The notes beneath the pieces are model-generated. The model saw only the letters and a program-made list of their open reading frames with translations. It had not been told where the DNA came from and did no database searches. From a bacterium (GTDB lineage: Bacteria; SAR324; NAC60-12), in NCBI GenBank assembly GCA_965233585.1, contig CBDDTI010000679.1:1-16812 (forward strand): a stretch of 16,812 nt of DNA. The letters are read 5' to 3'. Positions 1 through 8,815 of the stretch are shown here, one piece after another (position 1 is the first letter of the stretch; each line of letters starts with the position of its first letter). Made by a program: the position numbers and the translations under genes.

Positions 1-81
1 CACGGCCGCAGGCGCCGGCGCCGTGGTGGGAGCCACGGCGCGGAGCGACTCCAGGGCCATCTGCAGCTCGCTGCTCAAGTC
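1..81 (-). CDS. Host gene exon (DLSSELQMALESLRAVAPTTAPAPAAV..., runs off window)
   Basis: GC-rich, cag|G acceptor at 84-82, open in phase 0, matches the phase of exon 465-501. Confidence 0.75.
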
Positions 82-3000
82 CTGGGGATGCAAAAAAAGG
101 GGCCATTGAGAAACATATTTCAACTGGGAAGCACTGGGAATCTGAAATTTTGGGGAGATGTGACATGTAAATTTTCTATATATATATATCTATATGTGAT
201 ATGAATTCATATGACTGATGAATGTTTTTTGGGCAAATGTTCATGATCTGATCTGGCAGGACTTGAGGTTGTTGCAAATGAGCACTGACAAGCCTTAGAT
301 CAAGCCAATGGAGGGTTGAACAGAAGTGCGAATATCTCTTCAGGTGAACCTTACGGCCTTACAGCAATCACTTTTTTCAACATGCTCCGGCACATGAAAG
401 CCAATGACCAAACACCTAATAGGACCATACAGGACCTAACATGGCACATGATTTAACGCTGTGCCTTCTTTTTGGCTTCGATGTCGAGGGTTGTGGCCTT
501 CCTTAAGTGATGGAATCAGGTGATGTCACTGGCATAGAAAATCATAGAACCAGCCCCAGGATGCCCGTCAGCTTTGTCTTGGTGGATCATGAGATGGATC
601 CAAGATTCACATGTTCAAATGGTATGTATGCATATATATATATGATTATATATGTTTAATCTGTTTAATCTAATTTTGAATAGTTTTCAAATATAGATTA
701 TTGCACACTTTGCAGTTTGCAAACTCATGGCAACCGTTTGGTACAAGGATGGACGAGCAGCCCATTGTGGAGTTGAAGCGCCGCTGATGTGCGCAGTCCA
801 ACTTTCCCACATGTCCATCTAAAGTTCGAAAACGCTAAAAGCGACTGTCTCAGCAAGCTCTCGCAACCATTTTTGACACCAAAGAAAGCAAACCGGTTGG
901 TGCTCTCAACCCATCCTAACAAACATGTGTCAAATCTTTCCAATGGCAGTCAATGAAGAATACCCTCTGGTAAATTAACATAGACCCTGGCAGATAGGGG
1001 TTGGAAGACTAGTTTCCATTAAACATTGTTGATTTTCAGGGTCTATGTTTATTTACCAGAGGGTAACAGATTCGAAACAAGCAGCCTGGACCCTGTCTCC
1101 CGAAGCCAATCTCTGCTGAGTCTCTGCATGGAGGACATCAGTTCGCTACTTAGCGCACGTAGCTGCACCGAAGCCTCGTTGAAGGCGTCTGCGATGGCTT
1201 TCGATGCCTTGGGGCTGAAGATCGGTGGGGCTTTCCATCGTCAAAAAACATGGAACTAAGATGAACTAAGGCAAACCTCGAATCATTAATTACCTGCGGT
1301 TAATAGATATGTGAATAGTCTATACAAGTCTATCACAAGTTTTAAAGGTTCAAGGAATTACCTTACCTTCAGTCAATGTTGATGGAAGAAATCTGGGCAA
1401 TCGCCAAGCAGCTGCTGATTCGAACAATTTCCGGTGATCGACGCTACCCTGCAAAGACTGTGGACGACGTTACACACATGTGCACAAAATGTTGATAGAT
1501 TTGTGATTGCACGATTGAATCTTATCATTCCAATCTTTGGCAATATTGATCATGCATTAATATATGATAAGTTATCATTATTATATCTTATGCTTATGAA
1601 AATGCAGCAAATCAAAGTTTAAACCATGATACTTTTGCACTTTCTGTCAAATAGATATGGTTTTTTCATCAACATCGCAAGCTGCAGACCTGGTGTACCT
1701 GACTTGTCACGAGAGGCAAGGTCTGAGGCCTGCCAAGGGCGCATCATGGCGCATCAGTGGCAGCTTCAAATGTGCGAATGTTTGGAGACAGGTCGGTACA
1801 CATATTCTATATGTGGGTTTGACAAAAAAGGACGGAACACCCTCGAAAGGGCTGTTGAATAGAGGGAACATTTATATGAATTTATTTATGTATATACATG
1901 AAACCATATGAACATATCGGCGCGCAGGAAATTGATGATCAAACAAACATCAAAATTTGGAAGTGCACTGTTTTCATTTGCAAAGCCATATGCAAACGGA
2001 AGTATGAACACATCGGAAATTGGCTGGTGCCTTGCAGTCAATTTCTCTTGCGCTTTGCTGATGAGCTCACCTGCGACATATTTTTGCAATCCATACCTGG
2101 GTTGAGGTCCTCACCAGGACCCACCTCTGCATCCAACCTCAACAAACATCTGATCCGTCATTCCTTCATGTTCTTTCTGTTTCGTCATCAAAACATACCC
2201 TCTGGTAAACTAACATAACTATGGAAAATCACCATTTTTAATGGGAAAACTCACTATAAATGGCCATTTTCAATAGCTATGTTAAATTACCAGAGGGTAT
2301 CACCTTTTGGGCTGCCTGGAGCTTCATAGCCGCTCCACGTGGCAACTTCCCTGCGCCCTCTCGGACGGCTGGCCACTTCGGAAGGTGAACGACGACCTGC
2401 CACTTCGCAAGCCCCGGTAGGAAAATCATTGGGGATCCATGATATACCGATGATCATCTATGATCCTTCATGATTCTGTCTTTTTGGAATGGGAAGATAT
2501 GTAGAAAAGAAGCCGTCCATGCCATTGTCCAAAACATTGATAAAACAATTGTTAACAAATCAATCATTTAATTAGAAACTTGACTTACGCAAGCTGCGCA
2601 GCTGTACTCATCAAATTGGGGTAGAAACACTTTCGCCCAAATCCCTGTCACACTCAAAGAATTCACAGTATGCGCTTTTTGGTCAGATTCAACGATGCCT
2701 GCTGCAAAGACTTAAGCTGCGCAAATTGAAAACCATTTAACGTCACAATGCACCAACATGAAACGCACATGCCTTTACTGTCTCATATTTCACTGACCGC
2801 ACGTTCTGACATGTGGATGTTTGATTCAAAATTGCAACAATAATTATCCTTCTGATTCAGTTTTGTCGAAGGGCACCTTATCAACAGGGCATCAAGAGCT
2901 ACCAATACCAGTGGCCTGCCGTGGCAAGGTCCAAATGGAAGAGGTCCACATCCGCTTTCCGTGGGGAATCCTCCGAAGCAAACTCAAACTTTCAATGGAT

Positions 3001-6000
3001 GGACTTGAGGGAAAAACACACACACACACACTACAGATATCTAATATGATCTAATGATATCTACAGATCACTAAAGCATGGTTTCTACGCCCCAAATTTG
3101 TTTTTCGAATATCCTTCAAACATCTCAAACTCTGCAAGGAATCGCCGAAGCATTTTGAATCCGCCAAATCCGCTGCTCGATTCAAAGCTCTCCTCCTCCG
3201 TAAAGCTTGGTGCACTCTGACGCCTCAAGATGCGAGCAGCGGAACGTGATCATGCCATGGGGATGGTTTTTTTAATGTTGAACCCTCACAGAAATAGGAA
3301 TACAGTATTTCTGCTTCAAACATTTAGTTAATGCGTTTCGTCCCAGGAACCTAGAAAACTTGTTCTTTGCACTCCGACTCCGTATCAAAATTCTTAAAGA
3401 GAGGTCTAATTTCATAGAGTGGGGAGATGACAAAATCTCTCCTGCAACAACTGTTTATAAGATGTTATAAGTGTTCTATCACTTGTGACTCGGACTGCAC
3501 ACTTGATTTTCTGACAATGAAGCTCAGGCGGGAAAGGTCATTTGATGCGGACATGGAGTGATGATTTATCACTCTTCCACAATGCCTTATCGGTAGACCC
3601 ATCATCTGAACCATGAAATCTGATGAAACCAGGACACATCTTCAATTCAAGCTGTTCCAAGCGCTCTTCGACCGATGCCCCTTGGCAATTGATGTTCTCC
3701 ACCTGTCCACGAGATTGCCGGCTTGCACTTGGATCACAGGGTGGCGACTGCATCTATATGACATTGATAGAACATGGCGTGTGACATGTATGTTTTCATA
3801 TAATTAGTAGTTATTAGCTATATATGAACCAACTGGTTACTAGTGGTTACCATTGCTCAATATCTATTAATTAATGGCTACTGATTATCTATTGCAGTTC
3901 CCAGCACTGTATACAGTAAGAATTTCTTGTATAAGAAAATCAGGGGCTGGATTTGTTTCCCGCGTAGATGTTTTGTGGAATGTATATGCAAATGGAAAGT
4001 AAGAAATTGAGGGACCCCGGAATCTTCAAGCCAAAGAAATTCGGATGTTTGCGAAGAAACTGATGGGCACAAGAGATTGAGGGGCTGGATTTCTTAGCCA
4101 TGGTGTGATTTTAGAGACTAGCCATGACTAGCCATGACTAGCCTGGACACCTCCGTGAAAGAACTGGCTCCTACCCCTATCCCGTGAAAGGTTGCGGTTC
4201 CTACGCCTAAGGTTGCGGAGACTTTATGAACATCTATCTGCTCTTGTGTTTTGCCCTCTGATTGACTTTAATATCTGTAATCTAAATTTGGAATGACAGG
4301 CAAAATGCCGCATGAACCTGAAGCCAAGGCGCCGATATCCGTCAGCATGTTGGGAATCTTGGGTGTGTCATTGTATGCTACCCCTGGTGAACATCAAAAT
4401 AGCTGGTAAATGGATGTTCATCCCATTAAAAATGGTATTAATAGGTATTGATCCATACCTACATTAAGAAATTGCTAAGAAATTGAGGGACCCTCGACTG
4501 AAAAAAAGCACACACATACTCTTCAGTACATGGGCCCTTTCCGGACCAAGATTCTTATATAACGCTTGCGCTGTAATTAGTACACTTAATTAATGGTTAC
4601 TAACAATTACTAATGGTAATCTTCCTTACCATCTGGTTATTTAACATAGCCATGGAAAATGGCAATTTATAGATGGTTTACCGCTGGATCTTTCCATGGC
4701 TATGTTAGTCATAACCAGATGGTAATGTTTCGATGGTAAACAACAAACATCTCCCGTGTCGCCTCTTGAGCCGTTCGCACCAGCTCCTTGGCCAAATCCA
4801 AGATCACCGACTCGGCATTGGCGTGCTTCGCCTGCGCTTAATACATCCGAGATCTTGGGCAGCTGATGTTTTTCTGATATTTGTTGAAGGTGAATGGATC
4901 TTGCCAATCATGATATGATATTCATGATCAATGAGGTGAATCTGGGTCAGAATCCAACACTAAGAATAGGCTCGAGAAGCGAGCTTCATGCTCGATGGTC
5001 GTCCTCAAGTTCCGCCATGAACTTGCTCAACTGCCACTCCATCTGCAAAAGACCTGCCACGCAACAAGAAACAGCCATTTTTTGACACCTGTGCGACTCA
5101 GTGCTTCGGGCAGAGCATCTATAGTAATTCTTTACATATTCTCTCAGAGTACCTCTGCATATAGCAATTTATGGGTATATATATATTATATACTGTGTTT
5201 TGGATTTCCGTGTAGTATATATATATATATATCAGCATTGTGAAGATAGTATATAATGAAATGTAATAAACATATTGCTGAAGGTGGACATTGCACGGCA
5301 ATGTGGCTCTGATTGTTCAAGAAAACATCTTCATGGCAAACATCCAGTTTCCACAAATGTGTCACCACTTCCAGGTTCGTCATGGTAATTCCAGTCTCAG
5401 AATGATCACAATGTAAGTAGTTATAATCCAAGAAATGTCAAGGAAACCTGCTTTGGCACTTTGGCATAGTTGATTATAGTTGTGAGGTGTAGATCTATTT
5501 CAGCAAATTTCAGTACATTTCAATACATTTCAGTACATTTCAATACATTTCAATATATTCCTAGCTGATCAGCCATGGAAAGATTGGAAAGGGCTGGTTC
5601 TCCCATAGGCCATGGCTTCATCATGGCTTCCCCTCCCTTTTGGGTAGCCGCGTAGCCGCACCTTGAACCTGGTATGGCCGACCAGCTTCAATCTGCTCTC
5701 GAATCTTGCTCCTGAAAATTGGGAAATATTGCCATTCGCGTATACTGACAAATCACTGCACCTACAGCTGTCAGCATTAAAACTGCAACTCTGTCCATTT
5801 GATTGATTGCTCATTGCTTGTCAATTCTGGAACGATGTTACAAGGACATGGAGGAGCGAACATTTCAAGTACAGGTTCAGTTCTTGACTCTTTGCTGCCC
5901 AGACTCTGTTCCGACCAAAGGCGTTGTATGTCCTGAGATCACCCAGGCCCACGTTGCCCGTGTTGCTTTCATGGCTTCATGGCAGTCTGATGATGACTCT

Positions 6001-7936
6001 AAACAGCTTACGCATGTTGTCTCGACAGCTGGGTCGACATTTATTTATGCAACCACGGACCATGACCACAATCCAAACATGCCAACAAATGCAATGAATG
6101 CATCAGGCAGGTTGTGCCTATATATATTTGATCACACAAGCACATCCCCTCCAATAGTGCTAATGATATCTCATACCCACAACACATGGTAAACAAATAT
6201 AGCACAAGTGCCACTTTTATCCATGATTGGGTGGCAAAATAGCAGTTATATCATTTTTACATGTCATTTCAATACATATATCATACTTATATTATTTTAT
6301 AATCTATAATGCATTAATTCTATGATATCTATAATTCTATTAGCACATTCTAATAGCATACTTGTTGTGGGATCTTGTGTTTTTTTGAGGGTCTAGATAT
6401 CCACAAAACATCCCAAAACCATGGCCGGGGAACTGGGGGAACGTCCACGTGATTTCTCACCGAGCGTCACAGCCGCGAATCTTTCGGGTGACTTTGGTGG
6501 TGGCCTTGGGCTTCAAGCTCTTGGTCGCCTCCGAGGTGCGATGTTTGGAAGGATTGTAAATTGTACTGTACAAAGTGTCTTAAAGTCTTTCCAATCTCAG
6601 TTCTACTTCCCTTAACAGATCTTGAAACATCTGAAGTGTGTCTCCAATATTTGGAGAATGTCGCACCGCCAGGCAAAACGGATCTTCGCAAAACGAACTG
6701 GTACATGACACGGAAGGGCGTCCTGCATCAAAGGCTCTGCAGGTTCTTTCCTCCGGAAAGGCACCTTCCAATGACATGGTGTCGATTGGTTTGGGGAGAC
6801 GTGTTGGAAACTCTTGGAAACTCCAGCTTCGGAGAGGACTGGAAGAGTGCTAAACTGGATGTCCCATCGGTCAAGGTGTCCAAGTCCAGGCGTACAAATC
6901 AACATAAACATACTAAAACTGTAGTCTTAGACTGTCTTAGATTGTCTTTAGATGTTGAACTCAATCTCCATCTTTTGTCAAGAAGACACAAAAGAAAACA
7001 CATTGATTGAATAGATTTGAATAGTATTAAACATCTCTGTGAACTGCTCCAGGGTACCTGCCGCATTACTTTCAGCCTCGGCATCGCTGCTGCGACAACT
7101 TGAACTTGGACCCATCCTTGTGGAATCACCAGAGGTCGGTGGCACCTCATGGTTCAAGCGCCCAATGGAATTGAAACGGCAACAGAGTCGGCAACAGAGT
7201 CGCAGAAAACATCAGTCAATGGACTCCATATGACTCCATGATCAGTCTGACTTGGGGATCTGGTCGGCATAGGCATCTCTGGTCAATCAGCTGTTTGGAT
7301 ATGTTTGGATGTTTGTTTCAGGATCTACGTCACTAACTCGAAAAACTCTGCAACACTTTGCCAAAAGATTCAAGGCCTCGCCTCATCCATTGCAACTTGC
7401 CGAAGACCGGCTGGGAGATGGGGAAGGTTGTAATGAATCAGCTGAGAAAAAATGCCACGGTATGTCACAGCATCACAAAATGTGTCAACATGTCGACATC
7501 TTTGCGGGACCTCAGCATTCACTGTGCGAATTGTAGGTAAGCAGCAATATATCTTCAGGCAACGTCTTTAGTACTAACTTGTACGGCAAGTATACCTGCC
7601 ACACTGATCACTAAAATCTTTACAGCTGTCCTTTTTTTGCAACTAAACTTCAAGAAGCTAATCCCGGGTGTTCCACTTCTGAAACAGTGTCAAATTCCCA
7701 GCAAATCAAAGGTAGCCTTTCCACATTTCGAACGTGTAAACACTTGGTCTCAAATTCTGGCATTGCAAGGGTCAAACTTGCTGGTCCCCCCAAAAAAAAC
7801 AATTAAAAACTGCAAAAGGATGCAAAAGGGACAACCGTTTTGTGGGTCCATTGGTTCCCAGCAGCCGCACAGCTGTTGACTCTTGACCTCCGATGCACTG
7901 CGCGGCAGCACTTTGGACTCCAGAGGTCTGGGTGGC
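1..7936 (-). CDS. Multi-exon host protein-coding gene (partial; continues beyond base 1 and probably has further 5' exons); product unknown
   Basis: Series of 37-122 nt GC-richer islands bounded on the minus strand by AG|G acceptors and AG|GT, AG|GC or AG|GA donors. Several consecutive exons join in phase without stops. The 2070 to 1 chain reads GELISKAQEKLTAR-PQTLPLVTSQVHQ-GSVDHRKLFESAAAWRLPRFLPSTLTEGK-ASKAIADAFNEASVQLRALSSELMSSMQRLSRDWLRETGSR-KATTLDIEAKKK-DLSSELQMALESLRAVAPTTAPAPAAV. No family recognised; some middle exons are unresolved. Confidence 0.7.
465..501 (-). CDS. Host gene exon (KATTLDIEAKKK)
   Basis: aag|G acceptor, AAG|gc donor, 37 nt. Phase 2 in and phase 0 out fit both neighbours. 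Confidence 0.7.
961..1065. mobile_element. Intronic MITE, TA-flanked
   Basis: 29-bp terminal inverted repeat TACCCTCTGGTAAATTAACATAGACCCTG (961-989) versus 1037-1065 with 1 mismatch; TA at both ends. Confidence 0.85.
1086..1207 (-). CDS. Host gene exon (ASKAIADAFNEASVQLRALSSELMSSMQRLSRDWLRETGS)
   Basis: aag|G acceptor, CAG|gc donor, 122 nt, open, phase 0 to 2. Confidence 0.75.
1362..1448 (-). CDS. Host gene exon (GSVDHRKLFESAAAWRLPRFLPSTLTEGK)
   Basis: cag|G acceptor, AAG|gtaat donor, 87 nt, phase 0 to 0. Confidence 0.65.
1690..1729 (-). CDS. Host gene exon (PQTLPLVTSQVHQ)
   Basis: cag|G acceptor, CAG|gt donor, 40 nt, phase 2 to 0. Confidence 0.6.
2031..2070 (-). CDS. Host gene exon (ELISKAQEKLTA)
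   Basis: cag|G acceptor, AAG|gc donor, 40 nt, phase 1 to 2. Confidence 0.65.
2196..2299. mobile_element. Intronic MITE, TA-flanked
   Basis: Ends TACCCTCTGGTAA...TAACATA and TATGTTA...TTACCAGAGGGTA. Same termini as 961-1065 with a different interior. Confidence 0.85.
2316..2396 (-). CDS. Host gene exon (81 nt; frame ambiguous)
   Basis: GC-rich island with cag|G acceptor and CAG|gc donor. Open in two frames; the phase-1 frame (RRSPSEVASRPRGRREVATWSGYEAP) fits the next exon. Confidence 0.55.
3586..3702 (-). CDS. Host gene exon (VENINCQGASVEERLEQLELKMCPGFIRFHGSDDGSTDK)
   Basis: cag|G acceptor, AAG|gc donor, 117 nt, lies within ORF 3538..3753. Confidence 0.55.
4116..4143 (+). repeat. 10-bp tandem repeat (GACTAGCCAT) x2.8
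   Basis: Read directly. Confidence 0.85.
4379..4459. repeat. Probable short interspersed repeat or MITE fragment
   Basis: Begins TACCCCTGGT like the MITE ends and has an internal dyad TGAACATC...GATGTTCA. No matching second terminus seen. Confidence 0.4.
4627..4724. mobile_element. Intronic MITE, TA-flanked
   Basis: TIR TACCATCTGGTTAT-TAACATAGCCATGGAAA versus TTTCCATGGCTATGTTA-ATAACCAGATGGTA; related to the other two MITEs. Confidence 0.85.
4763..4831 (-). CDS. Host gene exon (AKHANAESVILDLAKELVRTAQE)
   Basis: cag|G acceptor, GAG|gc donor, 69 nt, phase 0 to 0, helical-looking peptide. Confidence 0.65.
5004..5053 (-). CDS. Host gene exon (LLQMEWQLSKFMAELE)
   Basis: cag|G acceptor, GAG|ga donor, 50 nt. 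Phase 1 to 0 fits both neighbours. Confidence 0.6.
5497..5559 (+). repeat. 10-bp tandem repeat (ATTTCARTAC) x~6
   Basis: Read directly; CAG and CAA variants alternate. Confidence 0.85.
5662..5711 (-). CDS. Host gene exon (SKIREQIEAGRPYQVQ)
   Basis: cag|G acceptor, AAG|gt donor, 50 nt, phase 2 to 1. Confidence 0.6.
6610..6722 (-). CDS. Candidate host gene exon (RPSVSCTSSFCEDPFCLAVRHSPNIGDTLQMFQDLLR)
   Basis: cag|G acceptor; phase 1 entry fits exon 7058-7145. Donor position uncertain. Confidence 0.4.
7058..7145 (-). CDS. Host gene exon (VPPTSGDSTRMGPSSSCRSSDAEAESNAA)
   Basis: gag|G acceptor, CAG|gt donor, 88 nt, phase 0 to 1. Confidence 0.55.
7888..7936 (-). CDS. Host gene exon (PPRPLESKVLPRSASE)
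   Basis: cag|G acceptor, GAG|gt donor, 49 nt, phase 2 to 0. Confidence 0.55.
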
Positions 7937-8815
7937 CTGGAGTAGTTCCCAAATCTTCCCACTGGTGTTAGGGCGTCGCAAACGACTGCTTCAAAATTTA
8001 GACATTTGAAATGGCATGTATATAAATAATTGATCCCCCTTGCAATTCAGTGTGAAGGTCGCGCTCGCACCCCCTGATTCTGTAAGCACAAAGCTGGGGC
8101 CTGACCCTCAGACAGGGGTGCCCATCATTACAAAATCAAAGGTACCAGACCATTCCTAGCATGGTTATCATTACAAAATCAAGACTGAACATGTATTTTT
8201 CAATAAAAAGGCGAAAAATAGGATAACTTGAAACAACACCCAAAAACCACACAAGTCAGCTTCTGGGGCCTCTTTTCCTTGAGCCAAAATTAGTAACATT
8301 CGAGGAGGTGAAAACCGACCCTTGTGGCTGGAATTCTTCTGTGCCCCCCTCCTACGAGAATGTTCGCCTGCAAGCTACGGCATATGCTGGCCAAACACTG
8401 CGGTGGCAAGACTTGGTGACCTAAGGGTTCTTGCTGCATGAGACCTGGCTTGGACAAATATGCTCCTAAGGAACCTATACATTGACCAAGGACAAGTGTG
8501 GGATATGGACAGGACATGCGCTTTAGGAAGTTTGGCCTGTTCGTCTTTGGTGCTGCGGCCGCTGCTCCCACCACGCATGGATGACAGTGCTAACATACTA
8601 GTGAGAACTGATCTCATATTCCAACTTAATTTTTGGAAATACAAGGCATTTGGCTGACAGGGCGCGGAATGAACCGCGGCTCTCTGCCGTTTGCAACATG
8701 CAATTCCTCTTGCAACTTTGGTCCCTACCAAGGAGTGGCCAAAATGGCCTTCCAACACAAGAACTGATCAAGGCTGGCTCAACAAGGAAATGGGTCTATT
8801 TCGGGCATTGGTATG

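Noticed and set aside
2097..2137. Possible extra exon (LDAEVGPGEDLNP)
   Set aside because: It would leave only a ~26-nt intron before exon 2031-2070; not supportable without transcripts.
177..5232. (TA)n and (CA)n runs near 177, 632, 3017, 5176 and 5216
   Set aside because: Ordinary short intronic microsatellites.
725..7981. Short 60-149 aa ORFs as standalone genes
   Set aside because: No recognisable domains; they cross introns and MITEs or only partly overlap the minus-strand exons.
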